From assembly GCA_964407685.1 (NCBI GenBank), contig CAYOWI010000001.1, positions 34,169 to 98,168 on the forward strand: a stretch of DNA of 64,000 bases, given 5' to 3'. The first letter of the stretch is position 1. Every line of letters starts with the position of its first letter. The stretch comes from an uncultured Muribaculaceae bacterium. GTDB taxonomy: Bacteria > Bacillota_I > Bacilli_A > RF39 > UBA660. The notes below the pieces were generated by a model that saw only the letters and a list, made by a program, of their open reading frames with translations, did no database searches and was not told where the DNA came from. Position numbers and translations under genes: made by a program. Positions 50,711 to 60,047 of this stretch are shown here, piece after piece.

Positions 50711-52486
50711 ATGAAGATATTTAGTAATAAAAAGAATCTATTACTTACTTTTACGATAGTTTTCTCATGCTTTATGATGTTACCAAAACTAAATGCTGCC
50801 TCATATGACGTATATACTGTAAAAAGCTCTATGGGTAAAAAGGATTGCCCGATAAGAACAGGTCCAGGAACTAATAAAGAAATTATTAAAAATGGAAATG
50901 ATAACGTTTATGTCTATGCGAATCAACAATTAGAATATATTAAAACAATGACAGGTCCAAATGGTGGTAAAAATGCCAATTGGTACGCGGTTAAATTTGA
51001 TTATGCTGCAAGGGAATATACTGGATATGTAGTAGAGGCTTGCGTTAATAAGACTACTTATTCGTATAATGATGATGATTCATTTGAGCAAAGTATAAAA
51101 GACTTTCCGGATAGTTATAAGCCGTATTTAAGGAAACTTCATGCTATTCATCCTAATTGGTCTTTTTCGATAGATAACACTAATCTTGATTGGAATGATT
51201 CGGTGACCGCAGAAAGCAGAATTAATCAAAGTGCTATTTCGCATCTTTATCCATCTTTGTTTTATAAAGATGAACAAAACCCTAATGGTATAGTAGTGGA
51301 TGGTACTAGTTGGTATGCCCCTTGTTATGATGCCGTGGGTTATTATTTAGATCCAAGAAATTTTTTAAATGAAAAGAATATATTTATGTTTGAAAGCTTA
51401 TTATATAATCCAGCACAAGATAATTCTGTACAAGGAATATTAAATGGCAGCTTCATGGCTAAAACATTTACGGAAAATGGTTATGATAAGACTTATTCTG
51501 AGGCTTTTATAGAAGCCGCTAAGGAGTCGGGCGTAAGTTCTACACACTTAGCATCACGTGCATTACAAGAAATGGGTGTAACAATGTCATCGGCAGCAAG
51601 CGGAACCGTTCCAGGTTATGAAGGATATTATAACTTTTATAACATTGGTGCATACTCTGGAGTAAACAATTATATAAACGGATTAGAATATGCAAAAAAA
51701 GAAGGATGGAATAGTATTCAAAAGGCAATAACCGGTGGGGCTAAGTTCATAAGCGATAAGTATGTTAACAATGGAAAAGATACTTTATATTTTCAAAAGT
51801 TTAACGTATCTTCAGATAGAAAAACCGCACCTTATACATACGAATATATGACTAACATAATGGCTCCATCATCTGAATCAGCAAGTATATATAATTCTTA
51901 TAAGAACAATGGAAAACTAAATGATGCTTACGCTTTTAAAATCCCAGTTTATAATAATATGACTGCTAACGCATATAAAGTGTCCAGAACGGATACCGTA
52001 GGGGGAAAAGAAGAGGATAATGGCGGTAATACCGAAAATAAACCAACTGAGCCAGAAACTCCAAAAGTAAGTGTTGAAACTAAAATCTCTAACGCTGGTT
52101 ATTTACTTTTGGACGGTTATTTAACAAAAATTAATATTGGTGAAGACATGAGTTTATTAAGACAAAAGTTAACTAATCAAGGGGCTTTAGTTGCAAGTTT
52201 AAATAGTTCATGGAATTCTAAAACGTCTGGTAAGGTTGCAACCGGAGATATAATAGAAGTAGATAAAACAAAAAGATATGAAGTAGTTGTTTATGGTGAT
52301 ATAGATGGTGATGCGGATGTATCAGTTGTAGATTTATTATATTTAAAAAAATATATATTAGGTGATATGAATTTAAATTCTGCTAATAAAAAAGCGGCAG
52401 ACATATCAAAAGATGGAAAAGTAGATGTTGTTGATCTATTACTATTAAAAAAACATATTTTAGGTGAGTATACCATTATTCAATAG
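50711..52486 (+). CDS. Secreted SH3b + GH73-like N-acetylglucosaminidase with C-terminal type I dockerin
   Basis: Signal peptide. SH3b-like segment (...NWYAVKFDY...GYVVEACV). Glucosaminidase-like GYYNFYNIGAY. Dockerin duplicated Ca-binding segments DIDGDADVSVVDLLYLKKYILG and DISKDGKVDVVDLLLLKKHILG. Confidence 0.6.
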   Translation: MKIFSNKKNLLLTFTIVFSCFMMLPKLNAASYDVYTVKSSMGKKDCPIRTGPGTNKEIIKNGNDNVYVYANQQLEYIKTMTGPNGGKNANWYAVKFDYAAREYTGYVVEACVNKTTYSYNDDDSFEQSIKDFPDSYKPYLRKLHAIHPNWSFSIDNTNLDWNDSVTAESRINQSAISHLYPSLFYKDEQNPNGIVVDGTSWYAPCYDAVGYYLDPRNFLNEKNIFMFESLLYNPAQDNSVQGILNGSFMAKTFTENGYDKTYSEAFIEAAKESGVSSTHLASRALQEMGVTMSSAASGTVPGYEGYYNFYNIGAYSGVNNYINGLEYAKKEGWNSIQKAITGGAKFISDKYVNNGKDTLYFQKFNVSSDRKTAPYTYEYMTNIMAPSSESASIYNSYKNNGKLNDAYAFKIPVYNNMTANAYKVSRTDTVGGKEEDNGGNTENKPTEPETPKVSVETKISNAGYLLLDGYLTKINIGEDMSLLRQKLTNQGALVASLNSSWNSKTSGKVATGDIIEVDKTKRYEVVVYGDIDGDADVSVVDLLYLKKYILGDMNLNSANKKAADISKDGKVDVVDLLLLKKHILGEYTIIQ

Positions 52487-52495
52487 GAGGATGAA

Positions 52496-54016
52496 ATGAA
52501 GAATAAAACTAAAAAAATATTAGTAGGAGCATTAGTTCTCTTTCTTGCTTTTATTATAAAACTGCCAAGTACTTTTGCAGCATGTAGCATTAGTGTATCA
52601 TCTACTAGTAACGTAGTGGTTGGAAATACTTTTAAAGTAACTACCACGGTTTCATCTGACGTTGGTTCTTGGTATTATGTGCTTGGTTATGATCCTTCAA
52701 AGGTACAACTTATAAGAGGCAACGTAAAAGTAGTTGGTGTAATAGGAGATAGTAAAACTAATACATATACTTTTAAGGCTTTAAAATCGGGAGTAGCTAC
52801 GTTTAGTACCACTAACGTATCACTTGCAAGTAACAGCACTAACGCTCAGTGCTCACCTAGTACTGGCAAGGCATCGGTTACGATGAAAACACAGGCTGAA
52901 ATAGAAGCTAGTTATAGTAAAAACAATAATTTAAGTTCACTTTCGGTAGAAGGAGCAGAGCTTTCACCGGCTTTTAATAAAGATGTTACCGAGTATTCTG
53001 CTAGCTTACCAGTTGATACTACAAAAGCTAAAGTGCTTGCAACAGCCGAAGATAAAACAGCTTCGATTTCGGGTGCTGGTGAAATAGATGTTGTAGATGG
53101 TATAAATAAGTTAGAAGTTACCGTTACCGCTCAACATGGAGAAAAAAAGACCTATGTAATAAATTTAACGGTTGAAGAACTTGACCCGATATCCGTAACA
53201 GTTAATAATAAGAAGTACACCATAGTAAGAAAGCCTGGGCAGATAGAAAATATTCCGGTTGGGTTTGTTGAAAGTAAGATAAATATACAAAATCAAGAGA
53301 TAACGGTATATAAAAGCGAAGTTACAAAATTAACGTTAGTAGCACTAAAGGATGAAGAAGGAAACATTGGTTTATTTATTTATAATCCATCAAATAAAAC
53401 GTTTAAAGAGTTTAAAGAAGTTAAAGCAAGTTCTGCAAACTTAATAGTGTTAAATGAAAAAAATGTTGATGTTCCAGATGACTTTGAAAGAACTACTTTT
53501 GATTATAATGAAATAAAAATAGAAGGATATAAGTTTAAAAAGGATAATGAAAATAGATACTTCTTAGTTTATGCTCAAAATCTTGAGAACGGAACAACTG
53601 GTTTTTACTTATATGATAGTAGGGAAGGTACTTTTCAAAAGTATTATAATAACATTGTTAATTTTAAAAATAATGCCATAAAAACAAGAGAATATATAAT
53701 AATTGGTTTTATAGTACTATTCGTATTTATGATGTTAATTAAGTTATTAAAATTATTTTCCTCAAAAGAGGCTAAAATAAGAAAATATGAAAATAAAATT
53801 AAAAAATTAAAAAATGAAACTTCAAAAGAAGATTATTATGACATTGATGAAGTATTAGTAAAGGAAGAACCAGTAATAAAAAAAGTCGAAGACGACGAAT
53901 ATGTTGTTCCTAAAAAAACAAGAAAACAGAAAATAAAGGAAATAGAAGAAGCTAAGAAAAAGCTTGATAAGACAAAACCGGCTTTTAGAAGAGTATCTTT
54001 AGAAGATGATGAGTAG
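52496..54016 (+). CDS. Membrane-anchored surface protein: signal peptide, cohesin-like N-domain, cadherin-like beta-sandwich, TM, K/E-rich cytoplasmic tail
   Basis: Cohesin-like pattern (VVVGNTFKVTTTVSS...YVLGYDPSKVQLIRG...YTFKALKSGVATFS). Cadherin-like beta-sandwich (LSSLSVEGAELSPAFNKDVTEYSASLPV...). TM IIIGFIVLFVFMMLIKLL. Confidence 0.45.
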   Translation: MKNKTKKILVGALVLFLAFIIKLPSTFAACSISVSSTSNVVVGNTFKVTTTVSSDVGSWYYVLGYDPSKVQLIRGNVKVVGVIGDSKTNTYTFKALKSGVATFSTTNVSLASNSTNAQCSPSTGKASVTMKTQAEIEASYSKNNNLSSLSVEGAELSPAFNKDVTEYSASLPVDTTKAKVLATAEDKTASISGAGEIDVVDGINKLEVTVTAQHGEKKTYVINLTVEELDPISVTVNNKKYTIVRKPGQIENIPVGFVESKINIQNQEITVYKSEVTKLTLVALKDEEGNIGLFIYNPSNKTFKEFKEVKASSANLIVLNEKNVDVPDDFERTTFDYNEIKIEGYKFKKDNENRYFLVYAQNLENGTTGFYLYDSREGTFQKYYNNIVNFKNNAIKTREYIIIGFIVLFVFMMLIKLLKLFSSKEAKIRKYENKIKKLKNETSKEDYYDIDEVLVKEEPVIKKVEDDEYVVPKKTRKQKIKEIEEAKKKLDKTKPAFRRVSLEDDE

Positions 54017-54042
54017 GAAACCAATTATTGGTTTCTTTTTTT
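54017..54042 (+). terminator. Intrinsic terminator GAAACCAATTATTGGTTTC + T7
   Basis: Perfect 8-bp stem and T-run directly after the stop codon. Confidence 0.65.
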
Positions 54043-54130
54043 CTACAATTTTTTTGAAAATAGTCTATACAATAAATGACCAAAAATAAAGGACAAATAT
54101 AAGAACTATTTTAATGAAATAAAAAATTTT

Positions 54131-54392
54131 ATGTAGATTTAGTTTTATTTAATTATAATTTAAACTCTTTTGTAATATTAGAATTAAAACTTGATAAAGC
54201 AAAATATAAAGATGTTCATCAAGTACTTTTATATCGTGATATAATTGATAAAACGATATAAAAAGATTTTCATAACAAAACTATTGCAATATTAGTATCA
54301 AAAGAAAACGATAAATTTATATTAGAATACGTAAGTGATATGGAAGTATTTTTATCTACTTATGAATTTTATAATACTATAAATAATATATA
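54131..54392 (+). pseudogene. C-terminal fragment of a DUF1016/YhcG-like gene (copy 2 of 4) with internal stops
   Basis: ...NKTIAILVSKENDKFILEYVSDMEVFLSTYEF aligns with the C-terminus of the 18709-19605 copy (NKTIGVIISKKDNMFIIEYASDKRIFNSMYVL). Confidence 0.45.
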
Positions 54393-54423
54393 ATTTATGC
54401 TATAATTTAATTAGGAGAATTTT

Positions 54424-54894
54424 ATGAAAAAAGTAATGTTTATATCAAGCATGGGTGGGCATTTGACCGAGCTTATGCAACTTAAGGGGATTTTTAAAGA
54501 TTATGATTATAAAATAGTGACGGAAAAACACAAATCTACGATTGGACTTAAGGCAAGGTATAAAAGTAAGATAGATTATCTTTTAACCGGAAATAAAGAT
54601 CATATGTTAAGATATTTATTTGTTATTCCGTATAACATTATTAAAAGTTTAATAATATTTTTAAAATTTAAACCAGATGTTATTGTTACAACGGGAGCTC
54701 ATACGTGCGTTGCTATGTGTTATATAGCAAAAATATTTAGAAAAAAAATAATATATATAGAATCATTTGCAAATATAGAAACAAAAACACTTACTGGAAG
54801 ATTGGTTTATCCGATAGCAGATGTATTTGTTGTACAGTGGCATTCGATGCTTAAGTTATATCCAAAAGCTAAGTATGAAGGGTGGATATTTTAA
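54424..54894 (+). CDS. Alg14-like glycosyltransferase membrane-anchoring subunit (Cps14F/PssD-like)
   Basis: About 150 aa, MFISSMGGHLTELMQL, with the typical pairing to a downstream Alg13-like gene. Confidence 0.7.
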   Translation: MKKVMFISSMGGHLTELMQLKGIFKDYDYKIVTEKHKSTIGLKARYKSKIDYLLTGNKDHMLRYLFVIPYNIIKSLIIFLKFKPDVIVTTGAHTCVAMCYIAKIFRKKIIYIESFANIETKTLTGRLVYPIADVFVVQWHSMLKLYPKAKYEGWIF

Positions 54895-55373
54895 TGATAT
54901 TGGTATTATTAGGAACGCAAGATAAACCATTTGAAAGGATTTTAAAGGCGGTAGAAAAAGAAATTGAAAAAGGTAATATAAAGGATAAGGTAATTGCACA
55001 AACTGGTTATACTTCTTTTGAAAATAAAATAATTAAGACGTTTGACTTTGCGCCAAAAGAAGAGATAGAAAGCCTAATTGAAAAGGCTAAAATAATAATT
55101 ACTCATGCTGGCGTAGGTAATATAACCGATTGTATTAGTAAGCAAAAAAAAGTAATAGTTGTACCAAGATTAAAGAAGTATGGTGAACATACTAATGATC
55201 ATCAATTACAAATAACAAAAGAATTTGCTATGAAAAATTATGTGTTACCACTTTATGATACTAAAAATTTAGCTAAGGTTTTAGAAAAAATCAATGGTTT
55301 TAAACCGGAAAAGTATGAATCTAATACAGAAAAATTTAAATTAAAAATAAAAGATTACATAGACAATATTTGA
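54894..55373 (+). CDS. Alg13-like GT28 C-terminal-domain glycosyltransferase (Cps14G/PssE-like)
   Basis: TAATG overlap with the upstream gene. LGTQDKPFERIL...ITHAGVGNI motif. Confidence 0.7.
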   Translation: MILVLLGTQDKPFERILKAVEKEIEKGNIKDKVIAQTGYTSFENKIIKTFDFAPKEEIESLIEKAKIIITHAGVGNITDCISKQKKVIVVPRLKKYGEHTNDHQLQITKEFAMKNYVLPLYDTKNLAKVLEKINGFKPEKYESNTEKFKLKIKDYIDNI

Positions 55374-55462
55374 TTTGTCTTTTTCTTTACATTTTTTTTA
55401 CCTATGATAGCCGATTTTTTGACGATTTATCTAGCTTTTAGTATAATTAAGTTGGTGATGAT

Positions 55463-56590
55463 ATGAAAAAAGTAACTATATTAGCTCTCCATTTAGGTTA
55501 TGGAGGAATAGAAAATGCTATAACAACGCTAGCTAATACCTTAGTTTCTAAATATAATGTTGAAATATTAAGCGTATACAGATTATATAATGAACCTGTA
55601 TATAAGTTAGATGAAAAGGTAAAAGTTAGTTATATATCTAATATTAAACCAAATAAAAAAGAAATGATGTATTATTTAAAAAAGAAAAATTTTAATATGT
55701 TTTTTAAAGGAATTGGTCATAGTATTAAAACTGGTTTTGTTAAATATATAAAGACACCAGCTGTTTTAAGAAAAATCAATACAGATGTTATTATTTCAAC
55801 TAGAACTGTTCATAATTTTTTAATATCGAAATTCGTAAGTAATGATATAAAAAAAATAGCGTGGGAGCATAATCATCATAATGATAAGAAAAAATATATT
55901 AATTCGCTTGTAAAGTCTTGTAAGAACGTTAATAACCTTGTTTTAGTCTCTAGTGAGTTATCCTTATTTTATAAAAAATATTTAGGAGATAAAGTAGTTT
56001 ATATTCCTAATTGTTTAGATAAAATGCCTAATAAACTATCTAAATTAGATTCTAAAAACTTAGTTGCGGTTGGAAGGCTGTCAAAAGAAAAAGGCTTTGA
56101 TGATTTGCTTAAGTTATTTAAAAAGATTAGTATAAAACATCCGGACTGGAAATTAAACATTGTTGGCGATGGCATGGAAAAAAATGACCTTCTTGATTTA
56201 GCTAAGGAATTAAAGCTTGGTGATAAAGTTGTTTTTCATGGATATCAAAATAAAGATTACATTAACAATCTTTTGCAAGAAAGTTCAATTTACGTAATGA
56301 CATCTCATACGGAAAGTTTTGGTCTTGTATTAATAGAAGCTATGAGTTATGGGGTTCCTTGTTTATCATACACCTCGGCACAAGGTGCTAATGAAATTAT
56401 CGATGATGGTCAAAATGGATATTTAATTAAAAATAGAAGTGAAGAAGAAATGATATCTAAAATAGAATTATTAATTGAAGATGATAAGTTAAGAAATAAG
56501 TTTGGAAAAAACGCCCGTGCTAAATCAAAGAATTATAGTAATGAAGTTATTTTAGAAAAATGGCAAAAATTAATAAATAAAAGAAAGTAG
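55463..56590 (+). CDS. Glycosyltransferase family 4
   Basis: GT-B fold. C-terminal ESFGLVLIEAMSYGVPCLSY. Confidence 0.8.
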   Translation: MKKVTILALHLGYGGIENAITTLANTLVSKYNVEILSVYRLYNEPVYKLDEKVKVSYISNIKPNKKEMMYYLKKKNFNMFFKGIGHSIKTGFVKYIKTPAVLRKINTDVIISTRTVHNFLISKFVSNDIKKIAWEHNHHNDKKKYINSLVKSCKNVNNLVLVSSELSLFYKKYLGDKVVYIPNCLDKMPNKLSKLDSKNLVAVGRLSKEKGFDDLLKLFKKISIKHPDWKLNIVGDGMEKNDLLDLAKELKLGDKVVFHGYQNKDYINNLLQESSIYVMTSHTESFGLVLIEAMSYGVPCLSYTSAQGANEIIDDGQNGYLIKNRSEEEMISKIELLIEDDKLRNKFGKNARAKSKNYSNEVILEKWQKLINKRK

Positions 56591-56599
56591 GAGAGTATT

Positions 56600-57493
56600 A
56601 TGCAATTATCAGTTATTGTTCCGATGTTTAATGAAGCATCTACTTTAGATGAGTTTTGTAAATCGGTTACCGAAGCTTTAAAAAAAGAAAAGATAACGTA
56701 TGAGTTAATCATGGTTGATGATGGTAGCAGTGATGATACAATGGAAAAACTAAAAAGCATCACCATGGAAAATAAAAATATTAAGGTAATTAGTTTTTCT
56801 AGAAACTTCGGAAAAGAATCAGCGATGCTAGCGGGATTAGAGCATGCTAGTGGTAAATACGTAGCAATAATGGACGCTGACTTGCAACATACACCAGAGG
56901 TTTTAATAAGTATGTATAATAAACTAATCCAAAATCCAGAGTATGACGTTGTTTCTTCTTATAAAGAATCGAGAAATACTGAAGCGCCTTTCAAGAGGAC
57001 TTTAACTTCAATTTTTTATAGAATAAATAACATGTTATCTGATGTTAAGCTTCTTCCAGGGGCTAGTGACTTTAGGGTGGTTAAATCATGTGTTAAGGAT
57101 GCTATTATTTCTATGCCGGAAAAAACAAGATTTTTAAAAGGAATTTTTTCTTGGGTAGGTTTTAATACAATATACGTTCCTTATACTCCAGAAAAAAGAA
57201 TGTATGGCTCTTCAAAATGGTCTATATTTAAGCTTATTAAGTATTCTTTAGGTGGAATTATATCATTTTCAACAAAACCAGTTAAGAGCGTTTTTGTAGT
57301 AGGGTTTTTATCTTTTATAATTTGTCTTACTAACTTTATATTAATGGGAAATTTATCCCATAGAACAATAATATTATTAATTGGCACTCTTTTATTATGT
57401 GTTGGTATAATAGCCCTTTACATATCAAGAATATACAGTAACATACTTAATAGACCATGTTATATAATAAAACAAAAAATCGGATTAAATTAA
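56600..57493 (+). CDS. GtrB/CsbB-like GT2 with C-terminal TM helices (second copy)
   Basis: VIVPMFNE...MVDDGSSDDT, DADLQH and two C-terminal TM helices. Confidence 0.8.
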   Translation: MQLSVIVPMFNEASTLDEFCKSVTEALKKEKITYELIMVDDGSSDDTMEKLKSITMENKNIKVISFSRNFGKESAMLAGLEHASGKYVAIMDADLQHTPEVLISMYNKLIQNPEYDVVSSYKESRNTEAPFKRTLTSIFYRINNMLSDVKLLPGASDFRVVKSCVKDAIISMPEKTRFLKGIFSWVGFNTIYVPYTPEKRMYGSSKWSIFKLIKYSLGGIISFSTKPVKSVFVVGFLSFIICLTNFILMGNLSHRTIILLIGTLLLCVGIIALYISRIYSNILNRPCYIIKQKIGLN

Positions 57494-57559
57494 TAAACAG
57501 CTAAATAGTATGGCTGTTTTTGTTTTTTTGTGTTATCATTGTTATAGTGTGGTGATTAT

Positions 57560-58690
57560 ATGAATGACAAGATAATTGTGGTATTAAAAATAGTTTTGTC
57601 GGTAATGTGTGTAACAAGTTTGTTTTTCCCAATTGTAAAATGGATAGCAAACCATGTTAACGCACTTGATTATCCTAACGAAAGAAAGGTTCATAAAAAA
57701 CCAATGCCTTTATTAGGCGGTCTTATGATGTTTTTTGGCTTTTTATTCGGGTACATGTTTTTTGCACCTCAAAACACTCAAATGCTTGCCATATTAATGG
57801 CTGGATTTATTGTTATTTTAACCGGTATGATTGATGATATAAAGCCTTTAAAGGCGAGGGAAAAGTTAATAGGACAAATAATAGCAGCGTTAATCGTAAC
57901 TTTTTATGGAAATATTTTGCTTAATGATATAACATTTTTTGGCTTTTACTTTGATTTTGGACCACTTGCTTACCCACTTACCATAGTATTTATAATTGCA
58001 CTTATGAACTGTATTAATTTTATTGATGGTTTAGATGGATTAGCTTGCGGTATTTCTACTATTTTTTTCGCAACTATAGGTGTTATTGCTTTTATTTTAC
58101 ATAACATAGGAAGTCTTGAGATAACCATTACGTTTATAATGCTTGGTGCATGTTTAGGATTCTTAATTTTTAATTTCAATCCCGCTAAAATATTTATGGG
58201 TGAAACTGGATCTATGTTTCTAGGCTTTATGATAGCGGTTGTTTGTTTAATGGGATTTAAGGCTGTTACTTTAACTTCGCTTGTTGTGCCAATGCTTATT
58301 TTAGCTATTCCAATACTTGATACTTTATTTGCAATAATTAGAAGGATAATTCATAAAAAACCTATTTATATTGCTGATAAACAGCACTTACATCACCAGT
58401 TATTAAATAAAAAATTTAGTCAAAAAACAACGGTTTTAATAATATATGCGGTAAGTATTTTGTTTTCTTTGGCATCAATATTTTATGTTTTAAAAGATAG
58501 AAAATATGGAATAATAATATATACCATTATAATGATTTTAATAACTTGGATAATATTATCTACTGATATATTAACTGATAAAGCTAAAATACACATAAAA
58601 ATGCCTAACGTAATAAAAAAACATACGAAAAAGAAAGCAACTGTTAAAAATGATAAACAAATAAAAAAAGACTATATAAATAAAAAATAG
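57560..58690 (+). CDS. MraY-family UDP-GlcNAc:undecaprenyl-phosphate GlcNAc-1-phosphate transferase (TagO/WecA-like)
   Basis: Polytopic protein. Motifs VHKKPMPLLGGL and NFIDGLDGLA. Confidence 0.85.
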   Translation: MNDKIIVVLKIVLSVMCVTSLFFPIVKWIANHVNALDYPNERKVHKKPMPLLGGLMMFFGFLFGYMFFAPQNTQMLAILMAGFIVILTGMIDDIKPLKAREKLIGQIIAALIVTFYGNILLNDITFFGFYFDFGPLAYPLTIVFIIALMNCINFIDGLDGLACGISTIFFATIGVIAFILHNIGSLEITITFIMLGACLGFLIFNFNPAKIFMGETGSMFLGFMIAVVCLMGFKAVTLTSLVVPMLILAIPILDTLFAIIRRIIHKKPIYIADKQHLHHQLLNKKFSQKTTVLIIYAVSILFSLASIFYVLKDRKYGIIIYTIIMILITWIILSTDILTDKAKIHIKMPNVIKKHTKKKATVKNDKQIKKDYINKK

Positions 58691-58764
58691 TATGGTCTTT
58701 TTTTAATAAAACCAAAATGATGAATATTTTATGTTTGATAGCTATTATATAAGTGTTATAGTTT

Positions 58765-58793
58765 TTGACTTTTTGAATAAAATATGGTATATT
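58765..58793 (+). promoter_or_regulatory. Near-consensus sigma-A promoter TTGACT-17-TATATT driving the ncRNA
   Basis: Seen in sequence. Predicted transcription start near 58800. Confidence 0.5.
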
Positions 58794-58799
58794 GTTTAG

Positions 58800-59400
58800 C
58801 CGTGGAGCAGTATTCTAGTTTGAATTGCACTATGAGGACGGGCCTAAAAATCCGTTAAAGAGCATACCTGTGAAACGTCTTGTGCTTGCTTCTTTCGCCC
58901 AGATTGGGGTGAGTGCTGGATATGAGTTTGCTGGGCTAGCTGTAATGGCATACAGATTATCAAGACCCATCAATACGCGGAGACTTAAGTGCGTGCAAGG
59001 CGTAGGACTTTGTACGGCTTGAGATTAAACCTACTATGTGGCTTGCGCTATGAGTAGTGTAGCTTGCCTTGAGTGAGGGTATTGGGAAGAAGGATCAGGT
59101 CTTTTCATCTAGGCATAGATTAAGGACTATTGCCTTCTGAAATTTCCCTTGCAAAAAAGAGCTAGTAGTGATTTGTTCATTTGAAGAAATTTCCTAGACT
59201 GTGACTTTCATGGAATTGCAGTGCGTACTAAGTGGTAATCAAGTAATGCTTGTCGCAAGGAAGCATGCCTTTTCTTAAATGGGAACGGCCGGATGGTAAC
59301 AGAAGGTGAAAAGGTGGGAAATCCAACTTGACCTAAGACGCAAAGTTTGTCATGAAAGATTCCACGCTATTTTAATTGTACTTATGTACAATCTTTTTTT
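58800..59400 (+). ncRNA. ~600-nt structured non-coding RNA candidate (OLE-like or ROOL-like large ornate RNA; class not confirmed)
   Basis: Local GC ~43% against ~27% background. No credible ORF. Own promoter and intrinsic terminator. Many locally self-complementary GC-rich segments. Followed by a 4-TM ~22 kDa protein gene. Confidence 0.55.
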
Positions 59401-59403
59401 TTT
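59374..59403 (+). terminator. Intrinsic terminator ATTGTAC-TTAT-GTACAAT + T10
   Basis: Seen in sequence at the 3' end of the GC-rich block. Confidence 0.6.
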
Positions 59404-59442
59404 GTGATATTATTATCTTATATGATAGTAGGAGGTAGGCAT

Positions 59443-60018
59443 ATGTACGATACCAATTCTAAAATAAAGTTTTATAGTTTAGGAAGTGAAAAAATAGACT
59501 TTTCTAAAATAACAAATAATGAGCAGTTAGATTCATCTAAGCCGGTAATAGCCTCTAAAGGTTTTAATAAGGCTTTAAAAAGTGTAATAGATAAAGATAT
59601 TGCGTTTTTATCAGATAAAGTAAAAAGTATAATTATGGAAATACAAAAAATTCTTGTTACAAATGGGTTCGTAGATGAAATGATAAGTGATAAGATAGAA
59701 AATATAGATGATATAGTAAACGAAGTGGAAGTTATTATAAGTAAAGTTATAATTGAAAAAGAAAGTATCAAGTTTAATTTATTTAGTACTAATAAAAAGC
59801 AGAAAAAACAAAGATATAAAAAATTAGAAGAATCAGTTGAAGCTTTATCAAGATATCAAACAGAACTAATTTCAATAAAAAATGAATATGATAAATTAGC
59901 GCAAAGAAAAATGGTTTTAAAAGATACCATATTTGATGATGATAATACTGAAACTACTAAAGAAGATCCTTTGGAGAGGACCATTAATTTTTACATGAGC
60001 AAGCAAAAAGAAATTTAA
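59443..60018 (+). CDS. Hypothetical soluble coiled-coil protein (191 aa)
   Basis: AGGAGG ribosome-binding site. K/E-rich helical sequence. No recognised domain. Confidence 0.5.
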   Translation: MYDTNSKIKFYSLGSEKIDFSKITNNEQLDSSKPVIASKGFNKALKSVIDKDIAFLSDKVKSIIMEIQKILVTNGFVDEMISDKIENIDDIVNEVEVIISKVIIEKESIKFNLFSTNKKQKKQRYKKLEESVEALSRYQTELISIKNEYDKLAQRKMVLKDTIFDDDNTETTKEDPLERTINFYMSKQKEI

Positions 60019-60047
60019 TATTTCTTTTATTTTCTACGGAGGTTTTG

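Noticed and set aside
58825-59022. 65-aa ORF (MHYEDGPKNPLKSIPVKRLVLASFAQIGVSAGYEFAGLAVMAYRLSRPINTRRLKCVQGVGLCTA) inside the GC-rich block
   Set aside because: No ribosome-binding site. It lies within a region whose base composition and self-complementarity fit a structured RNA. In-frame stops flank it in all frames. It was treated as a chance ORF in the ncRNA.
58800-59400. tmRNA, RNase P RNA, SRP RNA or group II intron identity for the large ncRNA
   Set aside because: No 5' GGGG / 3' T-arm-CCA tmRNA features and no tag-peptide reading frame. No P4-like GGAAAGUCCGG/ACAGAA motifs. Length is ~600 nt. No domain V-like AGC-GAAA hairpin was recognised. These calls were made by eye, so cmscan should confirm them.
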